Positions 29,974-42,979 of a DNA stretch of 64,000 bases are shown in pieces. The translations under genes were made by a program, and so were the position numbers. Position 1 is the stretch's first letter; each line of letters opens with the position of its first letter. Under the pieces are notes generated by a model. It saw only the letters and a list, made by a program, of their open reading frames with translations, was not told the origin of the DNA and ran no database searches. The stretch is from NCBI GenBank assembly GCA_964016885.1, contig CAXHJY010001750.1, positions 62,001 through 126,000 of the forward strand, given 5' to 3'. The DNA comes from Eledone cirrhosa. Its lineage: Eukaryota.

Positions 29974-29988
29974 GTTGCCCATGGCAAC
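29974..29988. promoter_or_regulatory. RFX X-box candidate
   Basis: GTTGCC-CAT-GGCAAC, a full match to GTNRCC-N0-3-RGYAAC in non-repeat DNA; second site GTTGCCATGGTGAT (minus) at 21584-21597. Confidence 0.4.
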
Positions 29989-31369
29989 AGATAAACTACT
30001 TTTGAGAAAAGAAAGAGAAAAAGGGGCAGAAGGAAAATGCATTAAATATTCATGTTACACAGGCAGCTACAGTTTTCCTCTACACCTGTTATAATCTTTA
30101 GCCAAACTGAGATTATATCCTCTGGTTCCACTACCCAGACTTGGTCAGCTGGCAGTTAGATACTGGTTTCTTATTTAAGCAAAAGACCTGCAATTTTGGG
30201 AGAGGGAGGGGAAAATTGACTAAAACGACCCCAGTGCGGCGTGACAGGTACTTTATTTTATTTGACCCAGTAAGGGTGAAAGCAAAGCCAATCTCAGTGG
30301 GATTTTAACTCAGAAAGTAAAGGGACATGCTGCAAAGTATGTTGTCCGATGATCTACCGATACTGTCAATCTACCAGCTACATAATACTGTCTCTTCTGC
30401 TCGCCTGGCAATCCTGAGCCAGTCCAGCGAGATACCCTCTGGTCCTAACAGGGAGTCTTGGTAACCTAGGAACTCCTGGATGTGTTCTAGATAATGTCTC
30501 TTCTATCAAGCGCATTATTCGCGCCAAGTGAATATTTAATATTTTTTCAAGATGCATTAAAGCGAATTCACATACTTCAAGTTTATGTAAAAAGCAAACA
30601 GACTGTGTGTATATATATATATATGTATATGTGTATATATATATATACACATACACAATGAGCTACACAGTTTCTGTTTATCAAATTTCATTCACAAAAC
30701 ATTGGTTAGTCTGAGGTAGAAGATACTTATCCAAGTTGCCACTGAAACACACCATCAAACGCATCATATATACAATTTTATTATCATTATATATATGCAT
30801 GATTGCGTGTGTATACATATATATATATATATATATACATGCATGCACATATATTTACATTCACATTTATTTATACACTCACTCCATTCTATAAACATCC
30901 ATACAGTCAAATTTCCATTTAACCTCCATAGAAAGCAGGTTGCAGATTTTTTTATAACAGATTGTAACAGAGTAGAGTAGAAATCAATCACAGATCAAAA
31001 ATCCAATAATCACTGCCGTTAATCAAAAGCAACATATTTATGAAGGTGATGATGACACTAATACTGATGATGAAGGTAATGATGTCAATAATGATGACAA
31101 AACAAATAAGAAATAGGATAAAGAAAATTATAAATCCTAGCCAATAAGAAATGTTTAAAAACAGAAATGTGCCCACCCCCACTCCTAGCTGAACTGTTTA
31201 CACACTAAATTGTGAACTTAAAGCCTCAAAATCCTTGTTTACAGCTGACGTCTTTAAAATAAACCATATTTTAAAGAACCAAACTGCTAATGTATCAACA
31301 CATTTACTGCTAAGATTCGTAGCAGTATAAACAAACACATCATTATATTCAAACATTTATTATCATTTA

Positions 31370-32780
31370 GTCAGGGTAGTTATGTCCTGAGTTCAAATCC
31401 TGCTGAAATTAGCTTTGCCTTTCATCGTTACAGGGTCGATAAAATAAAGCACCAGTCAGTAATGGGGTCAATTTAATCGACTTTCCCTTGCCCTTCAAAT
31501 TGCTGGCCTTGTGCCGAAAGTAGAAACAATTATTAGTAAGGGCAGTGGAATGTAAGTATCGGTAGAGTGTCGGACACTCTGCTTCGTGGCTTTACATTCT
31601 AAGTTCAAATCCTACCAAAGCTATCTTTGTTTTTTCATCTTTACGGAATCAATAACATAAAGTACCAGTAATGTACTGGTTTCATTTTAATTGACTTTCC
31701 TTTTCTCCCAAATTGTTGGCCTTGTGCCTAAATCAGAAACATTATTAATAGGGCGGTGGATTGGCAGTATCGGTAGAGGGTCGGACGCCATGCTTTGACG
31801 CATAGAGTTACGGCCCTTGCCATTCTGAGTTCAAATCCCGCCGAGGTTTACTTTGCCTTTCATCCTTATGGGGTCGATAAAATAAAGTAATAGCTGGCCT
31901 TGTGCCAAAAGTAGAAACAATTATTAATAGGGTTAGGGTGGTGAAATGGTAGAATTTGTAGAATGTCAGATAAAATTCCATTGCAGTATTTGTTCTGGCC
32001 CTTTACATTCTGAGTTCAAATCCCACTGAGGTCTAATTTGCCTTTTGTCCTTCTGAGATTGATAAAATAATGTACCAGTCAAGTAAGCTTTAACCCTTTA
32101 GCATTCAAACGGGCCATATCCGGCCAGAAATGACTCACCTCTTTCTGTTCAAATCAGCTGTAACTGGCCACTCATACTGATGTTAAGGTATTATTCTCAA
32201 AATATATAACATCAAAATCTCATAGATTTGATATTATGTGAGATAAAGCCTTTACTGTGAAAATACAATAGTATATATAGTCAGTATGAGAGGCCGGTTA
32301 CAGCCGGTTTGAACAGAAAGAGATGAGAGAATTCTGGCCGGATATGGCCGGTTTAAATGCTAAAGGGTTAAAAAAACAAAACAAGAAAAAAGTAGTGGTT
32401 AGGCAGAATCGTTAAAGTGTTGAACAACTACTTTGCAACATTTGTCCTGAATCTTTTTTTTCTGAGTTCAAATTCCACTAAGGCCAATTTTGCCTTTCAT
32501 TTATTTGCCTTTCCTTATGGGGTCGATAAAATAAAGTACCAATGAAGTACTGAGGTCAATTTAATCAACAACCCCCTCCCTCTCATAAATTGCAGGCCTT
32601 GTGCCATTGCTAGAAAGAATTACTATTTGGTTGGTAGATTTGGCAAAATCATTAGATAGATGCTTTGCAATATTTTGGGGGTGGGTGGAATGGTGTGGGA
32701 CTCTTTATGTTCTGAATTAAAATGCCATCAAGGTCAACTTTGCTTTTCATATCTTATAAAACCACTAAATAAAGAGCCAG
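31370..32780 (+). mobile_element. Array of about 6 copies of the same SINE (further single copies 15848-16027 +, 44716-44900 +, 51230-51415 -, 52994-53183 -, 63199-63382 -)
   Basis: Same consensus; 31749-31923 is near full length. Confidence 0.85.
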
Positions 32781-33186
32781 TTTAGGGAGGTGGGTTGGTA
32801 GAGCATCAGGCAGGATCTTTCTTTCTCCTCTTTTTTTCCCCCAGTGCCATCAGTGTTAAGTTGCTGAGAATACAAGACAACCCACATAACAGGATGCCAG
32901 TCCATTGCAAGGTTAACCTCCAGCTGCTGCTGCTAGTACTGATTTTCAGTTGATTTTGCTGAAGTAATGTGAAATGAAATGTTTTGCTCAAGAATACAAC
33001 ACACCAACCAGTCCAGAAATCGAACCCATGATATTATGATCAGAAGTCCAACACCTTAACTACTAGGCTACACATCTTCAGACAAAATACCTCCTATCTG
33101 TTCCAGCTTTGTGTATTCTGAGCGGAAATGCTGCCTCCAGCTACCAGAAAAATGGTAATATGCTAGAATTGGGGGCTCTTTATCAT

Positions 33187-33427
33187 TAACCTTTACATTA
33201 CTGCATTTCTAATGAAATATACTGCCTATGTGTATCAATTAATTTTGAAAAATCTAATGAGATAACTAACTTTTTCATTAGTAAGCTGATGTTTGAAACA
33301 ATACTTAACATTTCTTAAATAAAATCATGATGGAAGGTTTTAGTATAGGGGTAAACATTTAAAAAATGAGCAGTTGTGTATCATAAAACCAAGGTGGTTT
33401 TAGGTGAGTTGGTATCAAAGGGGTTAA
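33187..33427. mobile_element. Second TTAA-flanked MITE family (also about 8580-8764, 34918-35227, 62034-62622)
   Basis: ttaacctt...ttggtatcaaaggggttaa termini and a shared internal tttctaatgaaa..actgcc motif. Confidence 0.6.
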
Positions 33428-34653
33428 ACGACTCATGAAACCTCCTATGAGATTCAACATCATAGGAAGCCAGCTAAACCTACACAAGCGTGGGCCGTAA
33501 CAACAGCAACATTTCCTTAACACAGATAGCCTCTAACAATAGACCGCAAACAGGCAGCATCTGTGAGAAACTAACTTCACATTTTGACGATCATTAGTGA
33601 CAAGACACAGGAGACAAATGATAAGAAAATAATAATTAGTGAAAACAGCTTACATGTCTAACGGCACAAACATATTAATTAAACATATTTGTTTTTATCA
33701 TACTAATTAATTGTGAATTGTAACAGCTAAACTATTAGCTTGTGTGTGTAAATACAGTTGTATATATGTATGTATGTAGTAGACTTTTGGGTGGACCTAT
33801 CAAAGATATTCTAACATTGCGAGACTGGTACAGACCAGAACAAATATAGAAGTCCTTGGCCAGAGATCTTGTTCCAAAAGATATATCTACTTTTTTACAC
33901 AGCTTTACTGGGTGTATGTGCATTTGTGTTCTCAGTGATAAAGCACATATCTAACTGATAGGAATCTACGTGTTAAACTATATCTGGTTTTATTAACAAA
34001 TGAACACCAAAACATGTTATAAGTTAGCTGCTAAAATTTTAAATGGCGATGATATAAAAACATCAAGAAGAGTATCTGGTCATAGAAAATACCTGCCAGG
34101 AAAAGAAATCTCATCTAACCAATGCAAGCATGGAAAAACAGACATAAAAATGATGATGATGTATGGTTCAGAGTGTCTTGAGCATTCTAACTGGCCATAG
34201 CTAGTCAGAATTCTCTCACCTCACTTCTTTTTGTTCAAACCGGCCGCAACTGGCTACTCATACTGATGTTAAGGTATTGTTCTCTAAATAAATAATATCA
34301 ATATCTCACATTCAACATTATGTGAGATAATTATGTGAAGTATAGCCTTCCAACCCATGCAAGCCTGGAAAAGCAGACATAAAGGCATTTTACCTGAGTT
34401 TCTAAACTATTATTTATAATGACACACTAATTAATTTCTATACATACACACACACACGCATATATATATATATCAATCATTACACACATGTTGAACTAAC
34501 AAGCTTGTCTACCAGCTTTTACTGTAAAAGCTTAGACTAACCCAAAGCCATAGTAGTAGTTACTTGCCCTAGGTGGCGCCACACAGTGGGATTTCTTTAT
34601 TTACGTTTTTACATCCTTCTTTCCCATCCTTTCAAAATGGGGAGTGTTTAAAA

Positions 34654-34691
<38 letters not shown>

Positions 34692-36053
34692 AAAAAAAAC
34701 AAAACAATTCATTTAAAATAAAATAAAATAAAATAAAAATCAACTATAAAATTATCGCAAAGAATTACAGAATATCATTTCAGAGTCTAAAATACCAACA
34801 TAGCTTCTACTTGTATTACGTATTACTCATTTAGAATCATTCTTATCAGTAACAGTTTTCAAATTATATCATGAAAATTTATACGACAGCACGAAAGATT
34901 AGAACTGAGGAGGTATTTAACCCTTTTGATACAAAACCGCCTAAAACTGGTACTGGTACTGGTTCTATGAAATGTAATCATTCCAACCACTCGTTTTAAC
35001 CCTTTAGTTATCAAACCACAAAAAACCGGCTCTGGTTCTATGAAATAAAACCACCCATTTTAAAGGTTTCCAATTTAAATTTAAATTTTCCAACATAATT
35101 TTTTATAACAACCTTACGTTAAGTTATTATCTTACTAATGAAATAATAATTTTAGTGAATCCTTCAAACTTCATCATTCATTAAAATAGAGTGTATTTCA
35201 TTAGAAATGCTGTTATGAAAGTGTTAAAGAAGGTCTAGTTTAAATTAAAATCTTCCAACATAATTTTATATAAGAGTAATTTGGAAAGTGATATTTGTAA
35301 GAAGGCAGATCAATGCAAAATGGATGGTGAGATGAAGGTAATGCATGTTAGTTACCTGGTAATCTTTTTTGTTCCTTTTCTCCTAATATTCCAGGACTTA
35401 ACTCTTTAGCATTTAAACCAGCCATATCCGACCAGAGTTCTCTCACCTCTTTCTGTTTAAACCGACCGTAACCGGCCACTCATACTGATGTTAGGTCTTG
35501 TTCTCAAAATAAATAATATCAAAATCTCATAGATTTGATATTATGTGAGATAATTATGGGAAATAAAGTGTTTACCATGAAAATATAATAATAAATATAA
35601 AGTAATGTAAATGCTAAAGGGTTAAAATTCCCTTCATCAGCATTGCCTTCACCTTACCATTAATTTTGCATTGTTTAGCCTTCTTACATATTATATATTA
35701 TATACAGTGCTTCAAGCAAACTATAACATTTTATTATATAAAAATATTTAGTTGATTTATGTCAGAAATACTTTCTTAGTAATGAAATAGTTAATGATTT
35801 TAGCAAGTCCTTTCAAATATTTCAATAATTAATTAAAATACAGTGTATTTCATTAGAAATATTGTCACACATGGGGTAAAATACAAAGCACTATTTTTGA
35901 AAAAATAATAATTAGAATAAATTTATAAACAAACAATTGATTGAGATCGATCTAAACCAAGCAGCACAATGTGGTGCCTGGTTTAGGAATCAATTCCCTG
36001 ACTATACGAAGATGAGTCCAACACTAACCACTAGACCACTGATTATTAAAATA

Positions 36054-36209
36054 CCATATTTCCTGGTGCCGAAGACACTTCATCCCCGAGCATGCACCCT
36101 AATTTTGAGAAAAAAAAATATTAAACAACCTTCGGCCTCCGGGACACACGGTAGATTTTTGAGACTTATTTCAGAAAAAAAGAAGCATCTTTGATGCCGG
36201 GAAATACGG
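36054..36209. mobile_element. pogo/Tc2-type MITE
   Basis: TA-ccatatttcctgg...ccgggaaatacgg-TA termini. Confidence 0.7.
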
Positions 36210-38577
36210 TACTTATGAGCAGTTTGAAATGGGACCTGCTTTTCACATCTGGCCTGGGCCTGATCAACCAGAAGCTGACCTGGGTTAAACAACAACATGC
36301 AAGTCAAGAGATTGGTAATCTACAAAATTTACCAGCTTGAGAGAGGTGGGGGGGGGGGGAGAAACAGATAAAGAAGAGTGAGAGGGAGGAAGAAAGGGGT
36401 GAGAGAATAAGAAAGCTAAATAGTGCATAAGAGGGAGAGATCATTATCATCCTCATTTAACGTCCATTTTATTTTTCTATGCTAGCATGGGTCTGTTAGC
36501 ATGGTCCCATTGTGAGACAAGCAAGATGAGATGACTATGTCTTGCTTATACAGAACTGATTCTGGCTTGGTTTCTATGGCCAGATGCCCTTCCCAATGCC
36601 AACCATATTTAAAGTGTGGACTTGGTGCTTTTTGTCAGACACCTACACAACCACTTTACAGTGTGGGTTGGGCACTTTTTATTGTGACACCTACTGGCTA
36701 CTTTACAGTGTGGGTTGGGCACTTTATGTTGTGGCACCAAAGCAACCACTTTACAATATGGATTGGGTGCATTTTATCGTGGCACCTACATGCCCACTCT
36801 ACAGTGTGGCCTGGGTGTTTTTTGTCATGGCACCAAAACAACCACTTAGGCACAGATAGCGAGAGAGAGAAAGAGAGAGAGCAAGAATGTGAGAAACAGT
36901 GCACAGTGTAGATCTTTTTTTTAAAAATAATTAGGTTTAATTAAATTCATTTGTTCCATTATTCAACAATATATTTGAAAACAGTAAAACAGAGAACTTC
37001 ACTGTGAATAAAACAACAACAGCTACAACATGGGTCATTTTGCCAAGTCTTTGGCAAAATGTTTGCAGAGATATTAATGTAAATTTGAAGTTGAAAACAA
37101 AAGACGTTGCTATTCTTTACTCATAAACTTAACAACGCAAACGTTTCTGCAGCACTAGAGAGCACACACCTAGGTTGTTCACCAAGCTGTCTTGGGCGCT
37201 CATCCAAATTTTACAAGGTGTAAACAATGGAAAACAAACCTTTCTTGACAAAAGGAGGGAAAGTTAGCTCATAACATGCTGTAATGATTTAGCAGAAAAT
37301 ACATAAAAACAGTTTTGTTACTCAAATGTTCATAGTATCTTTACTACTTGACAGATTGTCATGGACATTTGCGGTATTAGAAATAAAGGGTTTAATTATT
37401 AATGTAATGCAGTCATTGTGCTGTTTCGTACTTTTAAAGAATGCCTTGTTAATATAGTTCCTCTTGTTTTGTTAATTCAAATGTTTATAGTATATTGACT
37501 ACAGGACAGATTGTTGTAGAAATTTGCAGTAGTAAAAGTAAAGACTTTAATTATTAATGTGGTACAGTCATAGAGCTGTCTTGTACTATGCAAAAATGCA
37601 TTGTAATGCAGTTTAGTTAATTCAAATGTTTATAATATCTTTACTACTGGACAGTTCATTGTAGAAATTTGCAGTAAACTAAAGTAAATACTTTACTGTT
37701 TAATGTGACAGTCACAGTGTTGCTTTATACTTTTCAAGAATGCCTTTCTAATGTGATTTCATGCAGCATAGGACATTAAGAGTTAAAGTGAAAACATGAG
37801 ACATTGCTTTTCTTTACTTATAAACTGAACAACGCAAATGCTTCTGCAGCACTTGGTAGAGAGCATCGTAGTGGTTCACCAAGTTGTCTTGGGCTCCGAT
37901 CCAAAATTCATAAGATGTAAACAATGGAATACTACTATTTCTTGACAAAAGGAGGGAAAGTTAAACAGATTTAATGAAATACACTATTTCAAGTAATTAA
38001 TGAAGAATTTTGAGGGATTTACTAAAGTTATTAATTATTTCATAACTAAGATAGTAACTTAAGATATGACTGTTATATAAAATAATGTTGATTTTTTTTT
38101 GATTTTTTATTTCAATGCATGCATGGCCCTGTAACTGCTGGGGAAGTTGTAGGAGCACTGTATTGACTGACATACAGTATTTTATGAACATTTTAAAATT
38201 TGGTGGAGTCCTTCTCCTTCCCAAGTCTGAATACAGTAGATTTCTTCAATAGAAGGATTGAGAAAATGATATAGAGGGAGAATCAACCCCAGTACTAAAC
38301 TGGTACTTCTTTTTTTATTGACCTCCAAGGGATGAAAAGTAAAGTTGACATCGAGGGAATTTGAACTCAGAGAGCCGCAAAGCATTCTATCTGAAATTTT
38401 AATAACTCTGCCAATTTGCTGCCTTTCAATACAAACCTCTTAAAATAAGAGGTTTTTTTTTCATAGAACTAGAGGCAGTTTTGAGTGAGTAGAGTTGTTT
38501 TCAATATATCATCATCATCATCATCATTGTCCGCTGTTCCCTATTCATACAAATATATATATATATATATATATGTG

Positions 38578-38835
38578 AAGGCACATGGTTTATTGGTTGG
38601 AGTGTCGGGCTTACAATCGTGAGGTTGTGAGTTTGATTCTCAGACTGGGCTTTGTGTTGTGTTCTTGACCAAGACACTTTATTTCACACTGCTCCAGTTC
38701 ACTCAGCTGTAGAAATGAGTTGCGACATCGTTGGTGCCATTAGTGTGCATGGGCGATTGCTGGTCCTCCACAAACAACCATGCCCGGACTTTCTGCCTTG
38801 GAGGGGAACTTTCTAGGTGCAAATCTCATGGTCAT
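38578..38835 (+). mobile_element. Second tRNA-derived SINE family (related minus copies about 18420-18555, 32830-33080, 51720-51880, 52617-52870, 59940-60165)
   Basis: tRNA-like head (ggcacatggtttattggttggagtgtcgg..gtgagtttgattctc) followed by gtgttcttgaccaagacactttatttcacactgctccagttcactcagctg. Confidence 0.7.
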
Positions 38836-39069
38836 TACATTTTATATACCTATACAATGGGACTCTACAACTTCCACCTATCAAAATTTGGTCAACCCAC
38901 ATATGTAATAGAAGACACTGGATGTGGTTAAGGAGTTCATTTAGTAACCTTTTGGTTCTAGGTACAATCTCAATGCACAGAACCTTGGGCAAATGTCTTC
39001 TACTATAGCCTTAGCTTGAGTAATGTGTTGTGAGTAAAATTTAGTGGACAGAAACTTGCAGAAGCCTGT

Positions 39070-39157
<88 letters not shown>

Positions 39158-39439
39158 AGAGAGAGAGATATGTGTGTGTGTATATATGTATGTATGTATA
39201 TGATGATGATATATATATATTTGAATATAAGTGTGTGCCCATGTTTTTGTTTGTGTGTATGTTTATATACCATAACTTAGTGGTTTAACAGAAAAGAGAT
39301 TGAGATAATCAACAAGAAGAATTTTGCTATCTTTCTAATCCCCACCTCATCTTTGTCTTCAAAAATATGAACTTATACTCAGCTCCTTACACTAGCATCA
39401 CCACCACTAACACACCTATAGAACCTTGTGGTTGGTACC

Positions 39440-39890
39440 CCTACCCCAGCTACTACACACATGCAGAGACCTCACCACATTCATATGGACATATACCAGG
39501 AGTTATACCACAACCGCATATGGATATACCATACAAACACATCTTACTACATACATATGGCAGTATTATAGTAGGAGTGATACTATACACACACACTTCA
39601 CCACATGCAGACATATAACAGGAGTTATATCATACACACGCATACATCTCACTACACACATATGGATGTACTAAAGAAGGGTTATTCAACACAAACCTGC
39701 CCACACATGGATGTATAAGAGCAATTATACTACTCACATACATCCCTCACCATACACATATACACATATATATATCTCACCACAAACATATGGATGTTAT
39801 AACAGTTACACTACACACACACATATACATACCTCACCTCACACACACACACACACACACATGTGGATGTATTATAATAGGAGTAATTCT
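39440..39890. repeat. Degenerate 50-60-bp tandem repeat
   Basis: Recurrent catatggatgta..aggagttata..acacac..cctcacc. Confidence 0.6.
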
Positions 39891-39957
39891 TGGAATGTTA
39901 TATCTTTATTTATTTTTTTGTTCCCCAAATACAAATATATATATATATATACGGATT

Positions 39958-39997
<40 letters not shown>

Positions 39998-40760
39998 CAT
40001 ACATAGTGATGGTAGCAACTTAGTAAAGGATTGATGAAATAAAACTCCCACACACTTGTCTCATGTGAAGAACCCAAAAAATTAAATGTTAAACAGTGGT
40101 GGTGGTGGTGGTGGTGGTGGTGGTGATGATTATATTATAAATAACTAACTGACCAAAAAAAACCAAAGGATTTTTAAATAAGTCAAATCTTAGTTTTGAA
40201 TAGCTAGGCTACTTTTCTATGGCAAATGAAAGTGTTGCTGCTGTTTTTGTTTTTGTTATGTTAGTGATGAGAAGAATCTGTTGGAGAGGAAGTTAGGGAA
40301 GGATGTGGTTTTGTTAAGGATTGGGTAAAGTTGTTTTGTGTGTGGTGGAAGCGTGAAAGAGTAAAGATGACAGGATGAAGAGGAGTTAAGTGCTCTCTAG
40401 AGTTATCAAGTTCAAAGAGACAAAGAATGTTGTCATAGTAACAGCATAGTAAGCACAAACATGAAATAGAATAGTCATCTCCAGCCTGGGTCTTTTCATA
40501 TGAAAAGAAAGTGTTTGCTATAATATTTTGAAAAAAAAGGGGGTTCCTATTTTAATATGGAAATATATAGTAATAATAATAAATGTGAAGACTAAAATCC
40601 AAAGAGGGCTCGATAAGGATAAATATATATCAAATATATAAGAACCCTAGAGAAAATATTTATTAAAACAACAGATTAAAGTTTAAGCAAAGAATCACTG
40701 CTCACCCTTAACGGGATCTTCTGAAACTCTTATTATTATTATTATTACTATATATATATG

Positions 40761-41075
40761 TCAACCCAGCGACACCTGCTGCAACAGCCACCCCTCCTCG
40801 CTGGGCTTTTTCCTCACACAGGCTGCTGTCATTCTGATTTTAGAGGAGGTCAGATGTATAGGATCCAAGGATGCCTGAGGTTTTGACGGTGATTGGTACA
40901 AAGAGAAAGTGGCTAGGCAAGCCCTGATATTTACTTTTCTTCCTGTCCTGAATATTGCAGGCTGCAGTACCAGGGTTTGTGACCGAAGTGACAAAGTCTG
41001 AGAACATGTCGCATGTCGCGTCACAGATGAAGAATTTACCTCCCTTGAATGGGAAGAGGGTAATTCCTATTAGCG
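40761..41075 (-). mobile_element. CRE-like non-LTR retrotransposon fragment (restriction-like endonuclease domain)
   Basis: GITLFPFKGGKFFICDATCD..PGTAA..RKKSKYQGL..FLFVPITVKTSGILG..EEGWLLQQVS matches the RLE C-terminus pattern (GxxLxWDxT, KxxKY, FxPxAxETxG, FLxQRIS). Confidence 0.72.
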
Positions 41076-41355
41076 TTGTACGAATTAATACAGATTGTAC
41101 CTTGAGCCGATCGATCATGAAACATGCGTAACATGTGAATAACAATGATAATGCTATATGGATACTACGTTCCTCATTATCATTGTTATATATGTATGCC
41201 TATATGAATGTAAACATATATATATGTATATAATTTATAGAGAAATGTGTAGATAAGACATGTTTACATGCTTAAATATATAAAAATGCATATTTGTCAC
41301 ATTTCCCACACCTTGGTTAAATAACTAATCTCTAGCTTGTACAGATATGAATATA

Positions 41356-41398
<43 letters not shown>

Positions 41399-42303
41399 TG
41401 GCTGCCAACTCGTTTTCGAGTACGGCCACTACTTTATATCTATGCGCTGAACGAGTGTGACTTTTTAGTCCAGCCAGCGACTTGAAAACTCTGGCACAAA
41501 CACTATACTTGTGACAATTATTGACACATAGTGCTGGGCCCATGGTACCATGTGATGACAAGTGCAGAGAGATCTCCAGATATAAAGCAATGCCTGTGCC
41601 GTGAAGCTTTTATAGTGAGCAAAGGCACTGCACAAAGCCAGTCCCACTCTCTTAACCAAGATGATATTTACCAAAAAGAAGAACAAGTCAACATCATTGG
41701 ATACCATCAGGGTTGCAGGTGTTATATCAGAGTTTTCCTTCTCCTAGAATTCTGCCTTGACAAAGGATAAGGGGTCATCTCTCCCGGTGATTTTGGATGG
41801 CCATTGCTCTTAAGAGCTCCTTTGCCCTTTGACAGGTTTTGTTTTTAGTCCTGCAGGATGTCCAAAGTCACCCTCCTCACCAAGAAACCTTGGTGGGGTT
41901 GCCAGTTTAGTCGCCAACAACCCGACCATGAGACAGGTTGCATATATATATATATATACATACACATATATATTCAGATATGAATATATATGTGTATATA
42001 TATATACATATATATATACCTACACACATATATATATACACATATATATTCATATCTGTACAAACTACAGATTAGTTATCTAACCAAGGTGTGGGAAATG
42101 TGACAAACATACATTTTTTATATATTTAAGCATGTAAACATATATAGTCTATCACATGTCTCTTTACAAAAAGGAAATTTTTATATAGAGATTTGCTTTC
42201 AATTTTAGAAGCCAGCCGTAAATATGTGGCCACAACCATCTCTACCACCCACACTACCATCCACATACCACTCTCTTTGATTTGGTAACATGGAAATAAC
42301 AAA

Positions 42304-42425
42304 ACTTACTCCAACACTCGCGGCTTAAGAGAATAGGAAAAAGAAAAGGAAGGAACAAGCTACCTGACAGAATTGTTAATTCCGCCCTAACAACAAACCT
42401 AATGACATCATATAGTTTCCGATTG
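42304..42425 (-). promoter_or_regulatory. Candidate promoter and non-coding first exon
   Basis: Minus-strand GTAAGT donor at 42304-42309, GC box (tccgccct 42381-42388) and CRE-like TGACATCA (42403-42410) in a short unique-looking segment. Confidence 0.3.
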
Positions 42426-42539
42426 TCCCCCTTTTACCATCCCCTTTATATATATATATATATATATATGTATATAACACGCTCCCTGGTGATTTCTCAC
42501 GAATGAAACAGCTCTAGTCCTGTAGAAGCTTTTCTATAT

Positions 42540-42618
<79 letters not shown>

Positions 42619-42944
42619 TATAAACATATGTATGTATTAGAATATGTCTAAAATACTGGAGTATTTAAAATATTAGAATAGTATCTAAATGAGTGCCCAA
42701 TACTTGTGACTATGTAGAAATTTTTTTTTTTTCTATAGAAAAGTGGAAGTAACTTTAGAGTTAGTCACACCCACCCAGCTAATATATATATATATATATA
42801 TAGAAATGGGTGGGTGGTGTGTATATACACATGTTTAACCAGAAGTAATTTTTTTTTACTCTATTCAACCACTCAGCGGTATAGAGTATGTTTTTTTTTA
42901 TTACTACATTCTATAATTCACGCAATAAGGAACCCATATTGACC

Positions 42945-42979
<35 letters not shown>

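Noticed and set aside
30378-30600. 92-aa ORF with a non-repetitive C-half
   Set aside because: No recognisable domain or splice context; probably TE debris.
31749-31845. tRNA gene
   Set aside because: The A/B-box-like head continues into a SINE body and tail present in many copies.
37235-37305. YELTF..KKG as the missing first GRB2 exon
   Set aside because: In-frame stop just upstream, wrong spacing, and part of a repeat duplicated at about 37940.
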